From Octopus sinensis (Eukaryota), in NCBI RefSeq assembly GCF_006345805.1, contig NC_043010.1, positions 42,656,001-42,720,000 on the forward strand: 64,000 nucleotides of DNA, in the 5' to 3' direction. A model generated the notes under the pieces. It made no database searches. It had not been told where the DNA came from and worked only from the letters and a program-made list of their open reading frames with translations. The position numbers were made by a program, and so were the translations under genes. Below, piece by piece: positions 1 through 12,684 of this stretch; within the stretch, counting starts at the first letter, position 1, and every line of letters begins with the position of its first letter.

Positions 1-390
1 AGTATTTCTTTGAACCTACGTCTTGACCAGGGAATCTTTCAACTTGCATACTTCCAGACTTGTGTCTGGAAACATTTTTGTGTCTCTGAAACATTCTTTG
101 TCATCACAACCATCTGACTCACTCTCCCATTTTTTGATGAATGTGAAGTCTATCTTGGTTGCATAGTCCCCTAATAGGTGACTGGTATCATGTGGCTGGC
201 TGGTTTCCTGAAGTTAGTGTTGCAAATTGTGAAGTCATTTGCATTTCAGACTCCAAGAGTCTTGATCCCTTGTCATTGTTTGTGTTTTCACTCATATTTG
301 TGTATACCAGGTTAGCCATATGGTGTTACCCAACATTCCATCAAAGAAACCATTTGTGATAGCAAGGTCACTGTCATTCACTATTGGGCC
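1..390 (-). mobile_element. Degraded RTE-type LINE, apurinic endonuclease fragment
   Basis: Minus-strand translation across frameshifts gives NDKGSRLLES / NDFTICNTNFRKPASHMI / TKIDFTFIKK, matching the LINE APE motifs N.NG.RLL, CNT.F.K and TQID. Confidence 0.7.
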
Positions 391-973
391 ATCTAAGTAC
401 TTACTACATGTGCACTCACACATGTACATGCACATTATATATATATTTATTTATATATATGCCCATAATTTCCAAACCTTTTTTTTTTTTTTTTTTTCAT
501 ATTTAAAAATTATAGTTGATATACAGGTTAGGCATTTTTAATGAAACATTTCTCTGAGAAATTATATCTGTAGTTGACTCACAGATACATATACAGATAC
601 AGGTGAAGGTGCATGTGTGTGTGTGTGTGCATGCGTGTGTATGTATGTGTGTGTGTGCGCGCGCTCACGTGCGCGTATGTATGTGTGTGTGTGTGTTTGT
701 GTGCGTGAAGATTTATGAACATCCAGAAGTCAAAAACAGTTATAATTTGACTGAGGCAAGCTGGCAAAATTGTTAGCATGTTAGAAGGCTTTTTAGATGT
801 TGAGTTCAAATACCACCAAGGTCACCTCTGCCTTTTGTATTTTTTGGACATCAATAAAATATAAACAATTCAAGTACTGGGAGGGGGTCAATATAATCAA
901 TTACTTTCTTTCCTAAGATAGTTGGCCTTGTGTCAAAATTTGACATAATTATCCTCATCACTATCATTATTAT

Positions 974-1001
<28 letters not shown>

Positions 1002-1004
<3 letters not shown>

Positions 1005-2241
1005 GGTTGTCAAGAAAGTTCTTGCGGTTTTTGACCTTTAAATTCAGATGCACATATCTCAGCTCACACAAAACTTTATTAATCAAAATAAACACCATCA
1101 GAATCAACACACTTTTGCCAACACAAAACAAGTTTATTTATACCAGTAGCATAAAAATCCTGCGTTCTAGTGGCAATGAAGTCATTGAAGGTGTGTTTGG
1201 CATTGTCTTGGTTTTTGAAGCATTTTCATGCAGGAAGTTGTCAAGATGCTTGAAAAAGTGATAGTCGGTAGGCGAGAGGTTTGGTGAGTACAGAGGATAA
1301 GGCAGAGTTTTGTGACCCAAACCGTTCAACTTCTGCAGGGTCAGTTGTGCGACGTGTGGCTGAGTGTTGTTATGGAGAAGAATTGGTCCTTTTCTATTGA
1401 CCAATGCTGGCTGTTGTTGTCGGAGTTTCTTATGCACTTCATCTATTTGCTGACAGTACTTCTCCGCCATAATGGTTTCGCTTGGATCCAAAAAGCTGTG
1501 ATGGATGAGACCGGCCACAGACCACCAAACAGTCACCATGACCTTCTTTTGGTGCAACTTTGGCTTCGGTAAGTGCCATGGAGCTTTGTCAGTGTCCGTC
1601 CACTGAGCTGAGCATCACCGGTTGTTTTAAAGAATCCACTTTTCATTGCAAGTCACAATTCGGTTGAGAAACGAGTCATTCTTGTTGCATAAAAGAAGGG
1701 AAAACGACACTTCAAAACAGCGGTTTTTTTTTATCATTCAATTAGTGGCGGCATCCATTTCTCAAGTATTTTTGTTTTCCCAATCTCTTTCAAGTGGTTG
1801 GAAATTGTCGTGTACGTTACGTCTAATTCAGAAGCAAGCTCTAGAACAGTTGTGAGTGGATTAGCTTCCACTAAGGCTCTTAGTTGATCATTGACCAACC
1901 ACTATGCTTATCATCTTCAAGACTCTCGTCACCACTACAAAATTTCTTGAACCACCATTGTGCTGTACGTTCATTAGTGGTTCCTGGGTCAAACACATCG
2001 TTGATATCACGAGCTGTTTCAGCAACTTTTCGGCCTAGCTTGAACTGGAATAAGAAAATTGTGTGAATTTGCTTTTTGTCCAAGTTGTATTCAACGTTCC
2101 AGAAAAAATGGCCTAATTATTCAAAAAGAAAAAGAGTAACACGATTAGATAGGGCGGAAAACAGGCTTTAAAATGATATATATAGTCAAAGTAATATAAA
2201 ACCAAAATTTAAAATTCTGCAAGAACTTTCTTGACAACCTA

Positions 2242-2242
<1 letters not shown>
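1002..2242 (-). mobile_element. Full-length defective mariner, Hsmar1-like (cecropia subfamily)
   Basis: TIRs TTTGGTTGTCAAGAAAGTTCTTGC (1002) and GCAAGAACTTTCTTGACAACCTAA (ends 2242), both flanked by TA. ORF pieces MDKKQIHTIFLFQFKLGRK...WWFKKF and KKVMVTVWWS...YSPNLSPTDYHFFKHLDNFL are split by stops and frameshifts. Confidence 0.95.
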
Positions 2243-2273
<31 letters not shown>

Positions 2274-4931
2274 GTGTCTGTGAGTGTGTATGTGTGACAC
2301 GTATATATGTCACATACACACACATATACACACACACATACACACACACACACACACAACACACACACACACACACACACACACATGCATGCACATGCAT
2401 GTATACATACAGCAGCCTTCCACAAACAATTACAATGATGCAGAAAAACCAGCTAAGTGCTGATTTTTTTTCTTCCACACAACATTCCACTCAACAACTA
2501 ACTAGACCCCATTTAGAATATATTAATAAAATAATTGATAATTCACTCCTAGTTATAACTGTTTTCTCACCACCTGCCACCAAAATCTCCCTAATTATCT
2601 CTTATCTCTGTCTTAAAATTGTGAAGTTGTCTCAATAGTTATTACTCTAATCCCACAATTTTAATTCTTAGCTTACACTTCTCACACTTTCTCACAATTT
2701 CTCACTTATACGCCTAGTTTTTGTGATAACATTATCTTTTAAGGATCACTTATATCTTTAGTTATCACCCTTATTAGCACCATTACAATACTAGCATATT
2801 TTTACCTATAGGGCACCACTATCCACCCATAAAAATCTTACTCTCAACGCAAATCAGGAGCCTATCTAATATGATATTTAGTCAATGTTTATCATTTCTA
2901 TCAACTAGCAACATAATAAATATAAGATTCTCAATAAAACTTCATACTGATCTCATAATAGTTTTTCCTGGAAATGATTAATCAAATGTACAAACATTCT
3001 CAAATTATTCTAGTTATATATCATCAATTTTCTTCCACAAAACACATCACAAAGTTGGTGTAGTTATATATAGGTGTTAGTATAGCTTTGAAAGCACACA
3101 GCTGAAGGCCAACTTATATGATGGCACAAATTTGCAAGAGATTAAGTTTAATCAAGCATTACTATAACAAGAAAGATATTATAACAAGAAAGATATTGTT
3201 ACATCAGTCTGTTTGTCAACATGTCATATAAAAGAAAGAAGAGAGAAATTTGAAGGAAAATTTTCACAAGTACTTAGAATTTAAATGGGAAATTTTTATG
3301 ATTTAAAAAAAAAAGATTTTATGTCATTCCATTTTGAAGATTGCAGATTCCAGGAAGCCTTTTAGTACTTAATGCTTAGATAATCATATAAATGAGTCAT
3401 ACCTTAACTTGATCCTGCCTATACCCATGTAATAACCTTATGCCATAGTATCAGTTGATTATAATAGCGAAGTTGAATAGTTATCCAAGATCATGGAATA
3501 AAGATAAATTGCTTGGTTTGGATTAATGACAATTTAATGAAGTATAAAATTATTTTTAGATTCCAAAGCAGTTAGCCTGATATTCTGAACAAAGTTTTAT
3601 ACATTTGGACATTTTGGTAGACGAGTACTCAAATCTTTATTATCTAAACTTTGTCAAAATCACAACCATTTTTCAAAGAAATCATTTTTGCATCAAACTT
3701 CAACAAAATCATAGCAGAATCATCTTAGTTACAAACTTTTACATTTTGAATTCAAATACTGCAAAGATCAAATTTACCTTTCCTCCTGTGGCTGGGGGTG
3801 GGGTGGGATAAAATAAAGTAGTCATCAAAAACTTATAAAGCATCCCAGTGTAAATGAAATTATAATAGAAGAGGTAAATACATCCAAGTCACTTAAGCAA
3901 AATTGTGTTGTTTTATTAAAATTAGGCATTCATTAATTGCATGTGTTAATTATCATGCTAAAGTATTTATACAACATTATAATGAAAGATCATACGCCAG
4001 GAATATGTCTTAAAGAAACTCTTCCGTCTTTGAACAGTGTTCAAGCATAGAAGAGTTTCTGTAAGACATTAAGTCTTAAATTCAGTTTCACTTTCACAGC
4101 TGACTAATTTGGAGTTCATTTTATAAGAAATCCTTCCCTAATTTATTCTTGATTGTTTTTTTGTTTTTTTATGTAGTTAATGATAAATTAAGGTATCCAT
4201 AAATTGCTTGTAAACAATAGTAAATATCAGTAGGGTGGTTTAGTCTTTTAAACAATTCTTGATAAAATGCTTGATACTACAGTTTGTTAATTTCAAAACC
4301 GCTGTAATTTTTATAATAATTTAAATAAACAACTATTATAAAAGAAATATACAAATATGTTAGTAAATATATAAGAAAATGTCACTTGACTAGCAAGTGC
4401 AGGTCAAAACTTACTTAAATACTCAAGGCTAAAAACTTTCAGCACATCCTGATGTGTGTGTATATGTATATATGAGAGAGACTGACAGACAGATCATATA
4501 CTCAGACAGACAAGCAAGCAAATAGGTAAACTCTGAAATATTGAAATGCAAACTAAAACACACACTCATGCAACTATGTAGGAATTTACTGATAAGCATC
4601 AATACAACACATACTTAAAGAAGTGAAAAGCATTTAATCATAATACACAATATTTATGCACCCACTACAAGTACTTATGAATATAACCCAAATACATGAA
4701 CCATTCCTCGACATTTTTAAATGTAACCTAAAAATGTGAATATCTTTTTGGATGCATGTTAGATTGGGATTACAATTCCAAACAGAGGTAACTCGTATTT
4801 TATAGCATCTGCTGCAAAGTCCTTGCAGGGAAAGCAATTTATAGTCAACTAATATAATGATAATTAAAAATTTCTCTCTTAGATATTATTTTTTAAACAC
4901 TGATGTAACATTTTTGATAATCAGTTATACA

Positions 4932-4932
<1 letters not shown>

Positions 4933-4986
<54 letters not shown>

Positions 4987-5022
4987 TATAAAAACATATG
5001 TGTGTGTATGTATACGTACATG

Positions 5023-5104
<82 letters not shown>

Positions 5105-5160
5105 GTATATATATATGTGTTTGTATATATACATATATACATACATATGTGTGTGTATAA

Positions 5161-5200
<40 letters not shown>
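4933..5200. repeat. (TA)n microsatellite with TG/CA interruptions
   Basis: Directly visible; explains the YI-repeat ORFs. Confidence 0.95.
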
Positions 5201-6149
5201 TTATTTACATGTACACTCATACACATACACACAAACACACACTTACGCACATAATATAATATATACAATATAACATATGTTCCAAAGTTAAATATACCAT
5301 AAATATTCATATGGCATAAACATTGATATATATAACATATATTCTAATTTGTAAATTTATCCCTCAACACTGATATAGTGTTTAAACCACTAAAAGTCTG
5401 TATAGCAATATAATTGAGATAACAGTTAAAATATTATAAAGCATTGAAACAGCATGAAATGCTAGCTATGAGTACTTATTAGAAAATTATTCAAGTCATT
5501 AATAAATATACCATGTATATATAATTGCTTAGTTTGCTTCTGAAAACTAAGAAGTAAGATAAAACAAGCATACAATGAGTAAATGGTATGTTTCTTTAAT
5601 GTTGTTGTTCTGGTTGTTGTTTTTTTAAAATTGCAATACTCACTTTTTGCTCACCTCTCAGCCTCATCTTCTTCATATATTAAAAATATTTGAAGTTAAT
5701 ATATTAAGAAAGAAGACACTCTTTGCAAAGTTAAATTTAAAATAATTCAAAAATATGCTAAATAAATCAGCAAAAAAATATTAAAAAAAAACACTACACA
5801 TTTTAATTTATAATTACACAGCATGTATGTCTGTAAAGATTTATAAACCTTGTGTACAGGTCTTTATACTTGTGTGTAAGGTCTATATATCTACATGTAT
5901 ATATTGGTATGTACATGAGAATGAATGATTTGATGTTCATTTTAAAAATATTTCAATTTTTTTAAAATTTCCTAATGACCTTTTTTGATTTTTTTCCTCA
6001 CTTACTTGAATAAAAAATTTATAATTTTTTCATATTTCTTTCTTTGACTTGTTCATTTTTTCCCCTTATATTTTTAGGGAGAAATATTTCTGCATGAAAT
6101 TTGTTAAGAGAGAATGTTGATAAATGCCCCAGTATTTCATTAAAAAAAG

Positions 6150-6750
6150 AGCATTGGGCCTCACGGAGGCAATGTAGCTGATGTCAGTATGACATAAAAA
6201 GCACTTTTTAAGTGTTGGGCCTCATGAAGGCAAGGACATATGACTGAGACCTTTGGGAATATGCTGTGCTTGAGAATAAGACCCATCAAGCCAAGTGAAA
6301 TCGTAGTCATGGAAGATACTGGTGTCATGCTACTGGCAACCATGCCAGTAGCACATAAAAGCACCCATTACACTATCGGAGTGGTTGGCATTAGGAAGGG
6401 CATCTAGCTGTAGAAACCATACGAAATCAGACTGGAGTCTGATGCAGACCCTCAGCTTACCAGCCCTGATCAAACCATCCAACCCATGTCAGTATGGACC
6501 AGTGCTTTTCAAACTTTTTGCTGGAGCAGAACCCCAAGGAAACATTCCACTGGCTCGAGGAACCCCTGTGCAATAATTTAATAGTCTTATGCACACATAT
6601 CTGCACAGGAGAATTAAAAATTACTGCCGATTTTAGCAGTTTTGTAACTTCTTGCGGAACCCCTGGACTGTACTGGCGGAACCCTAAAGTTCCGTGGAAC
6701 CCTGGTTGAAAACCACTGGTATGAACAATGGACATTAAATGATGATGATG
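6150..6750 (+). mobile_element. RTE LINE 3'-UTR fragment with (GAT)n tail
   Basis: Contains the GGCATTAGGAAGGGCATC...AAACCATCCAACCCATG...GGACATTAAATGATGATGATG block that follows the RTE ORF2 end in other copies in this window (34.4 kb, 48.2 kb). Confidence 0.8.
6500..6718. mobile_element. hAT (Charlie-like) MITE nested in the RTE tail
   Basis: TIRs CAGTGCTTTTCAAAC / GTTGAAAACCACTG; 8-bp TSD GTATGGAC / GTATGAAC (7/8 match). Confidence 0.85.
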
Positions 6751-6789
6751 AAATTGAGGGAAGTTCATTGTATACGTCGTATAAGGTGG

Positions 6790-7020
6790 CCCATGTGTGC
6801 ATGTGTGTCTTTGTCTCCCACCACTGCTTGACAACCAGTGCTGGTGTGTTTGTGTCCCTGTAACTTACTAGTTCAGCAAAAAAAAAAAAACAATAGAATA
6901 AGTACAAGACTTTAAAAAATAAGAACTGGGGTGAATTCATTCAACTAAAAATTCTTCAAAGTGGTGCTCTGGCATGGTTGCAGTCTAATGAATGAAACGA
7001 GTAAAAGATAAAAGATATAT
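6790..7020 (+). mobile_element. SINE 3' half
   Basis: Matches the 3' half of the complete SINEs at 10646 and 21753 (CTTGACAACC..GCTGGTGTGTTT...GTAAAAGA tail). Confidence 0.75.
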
Positions 7021-7021
7021 T

Positions 7022-7026
<5 letters not shown>

Positions 7027-7095
<69 letters not shown>
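7027..7095. repeat. (AG)n microsatellite
   Basis: Directly visible. Confidence 0.95.
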
Positions 7096-7099
<4 letters not shown>

Positions 7100-7132
7100 T
7101 ATAGATGTTTGTAGAAAAAAGAAATGGGAAAA

Positions 7133-7545
7133 TAAAGAAAGCTTCTAACAATGCAGAAAGTTTTATATGTCAGACACTAAGGCAGTCCAGAAGAACTTTC
7201 CAGAAAAAAGCAGTCCAAGAAATCAATTTCGTTATTGTATTTAAACTGCTCTACGTTTGGATTAGAAACAGCAACTCTCCAACTGTTGATCATTGTGATG
7301 TATTTTCAAGTGGTGTTGGTGGTGTATGTTATGATGTGAAAATACGTCACAACAACTACAAACTGGAGAGTTGCTTGTACCAACAGTTGAAGAGTTGCCG
7401 TTAACTCAAACACCGAGCAATTTAAATAATATAATGAAATCAATGTAAGTAAACATTTCTTGGTCTGCTTTCTTCTGAAGATGGGCTTTGTGCCTGAAAT
7501 ATAAAGGTTTTTGTAAAACTTTCTGCATTGTTATAAGCTTTCTTT
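7133..7545. mobile_element. Palindromic element made of two inverted PLE-type terminal repeats
   Basis: Left arm AAAGAAAGCTTCTAACAATGCAGAAAGTTTTA...GCAACTCTCCAACTGTTG is the diverged reverse complement of the right arm; the right arm carries a hammerhead fold. Confidence 0.6.
7471..7507 (+). ncRNA. Minimal type I hammerhead ribozyme motif
   Basis: UCUU-CUGAAGA-U-GGGC(UUUGU)GCCU-GAA-AUAU-A|AAGG: 4-bp stem I, one extra U after A9, palindromic AUAU stem III; predicted cut after 7503. Confidence 0.55.
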
Positions 7546-7599
7546 TCTACTTTTGTACTATAATGCCTCAAGAGAACTATAATGCTCTTGTGCGTGTGT

Positions 7600-7652
<53 letters not shown>

Positions 7653-7698
7653 CTTTTACTTTTTCTTTCACTTGTTTCAGACTGCAGCCATATATATA

Positions 7699-8603
7699 CA
7701 AGGTGCATTCCAAAAGTATCTGACTTAATTTTTACCTGCCAGAATTAGTGTCATGTAGACAAAATTCTTTGGGTGGGAGGGGATGCCCTTTTTCCTGTGC
7801 ATGAGTGAAAATTTTCATGTCCATAGGCTACATGAGATCCCAGCTGTTACTCCTATAGTACAGACATGTAATGCGTGCTCACTGAAATTCTATTTGCATG
7901 CAAGATGACCAAACGTATCGAGCAGAGACTACAAACCACTGTCACTCACTAGTAATGATCATCTTCATGAAGTCTGGGTTGTGAATTATACTGTCCAGCA
8001 TGTCCTGGGTGATTTCCATGCAGAGTTGCTTTTGCTATTCTGCCAGAACCATGGGGACAAATTTTTCCAGCTCTCTCCTCATGCTCAAATCCGCCACTAA
8101 AATGGAATGCACTGATCCTGTGCTTATTCCCACTTCTTGAGCAATTTCCTTGATCGTTACATAATGGTCTTCTATGGCTGTTCGCTGAACCTTCTCAATT
8201 GGCTCCTCATTTCAGTTTGTGGATGGCTCACCTGAGCATGCCTCACTCTCCACTGGGGTGCAGCTATGTTTGAAGCAGTTATATCACTTCTTCATTTAAA
8301 TTTTTTTCCCATGGCATCAGCACCAAAGGCCTGCTGAAACTTCTGGATGGTTTGAGCTTGAGTATATGGCATCAAAACTTGATGCTATATCTCTGCTTGA
8401 TGCATTCGGTGAAAACGAAAATTCAATGAGCATGCACTACATCTCTGTATTCCAGATGTAACAGCTGGGAACTGGCACAGCCTACCAGCACGAAAATTTT
8501 CACGCATGCGCATGAAGGGTAACGTCACCTTTAACCCAAGAGATTTTGCCCATGTAACATTAGTTTGGGCAGAAAAAAATAAAGTTCAATACAACACACC
8601 TTG
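7699..8603 (-). mobile_element. Internally deleted mariner (N-terminal HTH retained)
   Basis: Ends TA-CAAGGTGCATTC and CACACCTTG. Minus strand encodes EQRYSIKF..IQKFQQAFGADAMG..VTIKEIAQEVGISTGSVHS with stops. Confidence 0.75.
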
Positions 8604-9209
8604 TGGTGTGTGTGTGTGTGTGTGTGCGCGTTTGTGTATGTGTGTGTGCATACATGCATGTGTGTGTGTGTGTGTGTGAGTGTGTGTGTGTGAATATTAT
8701 CAAATAAGATATTAGTGTGGGAAAAAATTGACTTGGAATCCAACAGAGAAAAGAATATTGATTGTTAACTCCAAAAATTATCCAAATATTTTATTAGCAA
8801 CCTCATTTTCAATTGGATCAAATTTTTTTTTAAATTCTTGAAAAAAAAGTACCTGTCATCTGACTATGCTTCAAACTCTCTAACTTCAACAATAACAACA
8901 ATGCTGACCAATTTTCACTCCCAGAGATGATACAACAATACAAAATATTGATGCAATATTTGCAATGTATTTCAAACTAGTAGGGAGAAAATAACAGGAA
9001 ATCAGAAATTACACATTTGACCCCAGTTGCTAATTTTGCCCATCCCACTCCTTGTCCATCTACCAAATACACTCACAAAGCTTTTGTCAGATCAGGGTTA
9101 CAGTAGAAGATACTTGCCTAATGTGCCAGATTGTGGAACTGAACCTGAAACCACACGATGGAGAAATGACCTTCTTAAGCACACATGCTTGCTCCCATAT
9201 ATTTATATA

Positions 9210-9920
9210 TGAGGGAGAGTCAAAAATTATACACACTCTTGTTTTTTTAATGTATTTACACAAAAGCAGGGGATAAAGAAGTACGTCATTTTTTTATATA
9301 GTCTCCTCCTTTTTTGATGCATTTGGTCCAGCAGTCCACAAGCTTGGGTATTCTCTCCAAGAAGGTTTTCAATTGGTCGTGCAACCATTTATGCACCACT
9401 TCCTTCTCATCTTCATCCATAGGAAATCAATAACTTCGTAAACCATCTTTGAGCAGTCCAAAGGCATGATAGTCAGAAGGGGAAAGATCTGGTTGTAGGC
9501 AGGGTGTTTCGGCACCTCAAAACCCACTTGGTTAATGGTTCAACAGCCTGGATCGCCATGTGTGGACATGCATTGTCATGCAACATCAAAACTTTCTTCG
9601 ACAATAGGCTTCAGCAGTTGGTGCAAATTGTTGGCTTCAGTTTGTTGACCAGCAAAGCACTGTATCTTGCACTGTTGATCATACACTCCTTTTCTAGAAA
9701 AATCGGATCACTGCTCTTTGTTCTTCTTTGGTGGACATTGCTAGTGGAGTGGCCATGCTTACACTGTAAAGCCAGAAAGAAAAATGGCACAATCAGGCTC
9801 AAACTTTGACCACATGACCACAATAGTACCAACTGTAAGCACACATGCACAGAAGGCAGTGTGACAATAATAAAGATAGGTTATGGTGAAAGTGCAGATA
9901 ATTTTTGACTTCCTCTCACA
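9210..9920 (-). mobile_element. Internally deleted mariner
   Basis: TIRs TGAGGGAGAGTCAAAAATTAT / ATAATTTTTGACTTCCTCTCA. Remnant motifs KEEQRAVIRF, LHDNACPH, DLSPSDYHAFGLLK and WTKCIKKGGDYI. Confidence 0.85.
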
Positions 9921-10645
9921 TATTTGCACTGATAAAAATATATGTAGTTTGTTATCTTGTAGAAGTTATAAAGAACCAGCAAAAACATTGAATCTGTTTG
10001 TTGACTACCACATAACTATGTGTACAATGATAGCAGCTCTAAAATATTGAAAGTATAACTTCATAATTTAGTCTTAGTATCAATGTTGATAAAATTAAAA
10101 TACTTGGTATGGATGATACTTTAATCAATGTTAAGTAGAGTTAGAACATATTACAGTATTTAAATACCTTGGATCATGTGTCAAAGAGAAAAACTTTGCT
10201 GCTTCGTTAGATATGAAATATAGAATTGGTTCAACGTCTTTAGCTTTTGGCCTCCTTCACTGGAGTGTTTGGAAACAGTGAGATGTACTTCTTGTGTTGT
10301 TGTATGGTATGATGCCATGGTCATTACACAAGAGCAATTTGGAAATTAATTGTTGGTAGTCATTTAAATGGTGTACATTTGCTGAATACTGAAAATATAA
10401 TAGATTAATAGTCTACAGAATGATCACACTTAATGAACATGGTTTTAGAAGCTGACTGTTTCCAAATTAAGAAACAACAATTGTGCTGGCGGGGCCATGT
10501 GAATCAAACTGATCATTCAAGGGTGCCATGCAAACAATTTACATATCTCTGTCCAAAAAATGGCTGAAAACAATAAAAAAAATATCTAAAGAAACTAAAC
10601 ATTAACAATGCCGAACATCCAGCAAAAACAAAATAATAAAAATAC

Positions 10646-10815
10646 AGCAGTGTGACTGTGTGGTAAGTAGCTTGCTAACCAGCCACATGGTTCCGGGTTC
10701 AGTCCCACTGCGTGGCATCTTGGGCAAGTGTCTTCTGCTATAGCCCCGGGCTGACCAATGCCTTGTGAGTGGATTTGGTAGACGGAAACTGAAAGAAGCC
10801 TGTCGTATATATGTG

Positions 10816-10852
<37 letters not shown>

Positions 10853-11070
10853 ATGTGTTTGTTTGTCTGTCTTTGTCCCCCTAGCATTGCTTGACAACCG
10901 ATGCTGGTGTGTTTACGTCCCCGTCACTTAGCGGTTCGGCAAAAGAGAACGATAGAATAAGTACTGGGCTTACAAAGAATAAGTCCTGGGGTCGATTTGC
11001 TCAACTAAAGGCGGTGCTCCAGCATGGCCACAGTCAAAGGACTGAAACAAATAAAAGAGTAAAAGAGAGT
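10646..11070 (+). mobile_element. Complete tRNA-derived SINE with internal (TA/TG)n
   Basis: tRNA-like head (TGTGTGGTAAG...GGGTTCAGTCCC), CTTGGGCAAGTG core-like block, GTAAAAGA tail; repeated at 21753, 38056 and 60307. Confidence 0.85.
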
Positions 11071-11955
11071 CATGGAAGAGAATTGTTCATAGGTGACAGA
11101 CACCTAAGGAGGAGAAGCGGATAAGGAGAATGTGCTGTCTCCTGCATTGATGATGATGGTGATGATGATGATGATGATTTTCTTCATAAGAGACAAATAC
11201 CAATGTTGCAGCAGACATCAACAAAACGTAGAGTGTACTTACAAGCAGTGCACCTGCATACATTTACTTATTATTGATTAGATTAAATAAAGAAATTTCG
11301 CTTAATCTCAGCAAAATATAAATTATCAAAATTCAATTCCTCTTCTCTTGATATTAACAAACTTAATATAGATACACAAAATATTTTATGTTGATCCAGT
11401 AAAAATCCCTTCATTAATTAACAGACCTATCCCTTTTGTGTGCTAGCAGTGATCTAAACTTTGTGTTGGAGCCTTGGATAGGATCCCTTACAGCATTTAT
11501 TCCAGCTCTCTATGTTTCAAGTTCAAATCCTGCCAAAGTCAACTTTACCTTTTATTCTTTTGTTTTGAGCTGGTTAAACGAAAAAAAAAAAACATCATAG
11601 TCGTGGATTAGCAGAACTGTTAAAAGTTCAAGCCAGATGCCTTGCAGTGTCTCAATGCTTTATCTCCTCCAGCAATGCTTATGATGACAATGACGTCTAG
11701 TTGTATCACTCTAAATCAGAGAGAAGAGTAAGTTGCATGTTTGGTCAATGGCCAGTCTTCTTTGGTGGGCTTCCTAGTTTCTGTGTACCAAAATTACATG
11801 GTTGTGGAGCAAACTTCTTAATCACATAACCATAACTGCACTTATATATATGTGTGTGTATATATATAATATATATATATATTCATTATATTAAGGGCTA
11901 TTACTACACATCAATGCCTCATGCTGTAAGGGACTCTTAAATATACATGGTACCA

Positions 11956-12650
11956 ATTAAAACTAGTTTCACTTGTGCCTCTGAGAACCTAATTTATGTA
12001 ATAACCTGCTCGGGGTGCAGACACAACTATATTGGACAGACAAGTATGACCTTGAGGCAGAGAACCACTCTACATAAAGAGCAAATCTGTTTCCCGTAAT
12101 ACAGGCAAATTCCTTTCAGTGAACATAAAGAAAAATGTACAGATAACATCAAACCAAATTTCAGAGTCTTCCCCTTCTACCAGTGCAAAGACACAATTTC
12201 TCCACAAGAAAGTATAAATAAACTTTTTTCATTGAAAAATACAGAACACATCTTAATATGAACACATAACCAACTTTTATCTTTTTACATATTTCAATTC
12301 ATGATTACATCACTGTACATAAATGCCCTCATGAAACAAGTTTTCCGAAACTTTTTTTGTGTGTATATATATATATATATTCCCCTTACCGAAAGCTCAA
12401 CAGTTATCTCTCTTGCCCACAACAATAACCATTTACTTCCCTTTACTTTTCTACTTGTGGAGTCATTCACTCGTAAATATCATCACACACATGAACAAAA
12501 ATTTCTTCTTAAGAAAATACATATTCAAATAAGTAAACCATAATATCATGAATAGCGAAAGTGAAACCTGTTGATATATTACAAATTATATTAAAACTAT
12601 GTAAAGTGTGTGTATTTTCCTTTTTTAATTTCTTATATATATATATTTAA
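11956..12650 (+). mobile_element. Penelope-like element 3' fragment: GIY-YIG endonuclease plus terminal repeat
   Basis: Translation FTCASENLIYVITCSGCRHNYIGQTSMTLRQRTTLHKEQI..*YRQIPFSEH..C..FRVFPFYQC..FIEKYRTHLN (one stop, one frameshift) is a PLE-type GIY-YIG with the CxxC insert. A hammerhead lies downstream. Confidence 0.85.
12543..12577 (+). ncRNA. Minimal hammerhead ribozyme motif, A3-U8 core variant
   Basis: AUAUC-AUGAAUA-GC(GAAA)GU-GAA-ACCUGU-U|GAUAU: 5-bp stem I, GNRA-capped 2-bp stem II, near-palindromic stem III; about 290 nt 3' of the GIY-YIG ORF end. Confidence 0.55.
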
Positions 12651-12684
12651 GCGTACATATATACATACAATACTCACATACATA

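Noticed and set aside
4893-5310. YI-repeat and HT/CV-repeat ORFs here and at 2186-2638, 14682-15007, 31597-33002 and 60705-60945
   Set aside because: Microsatellite translations.
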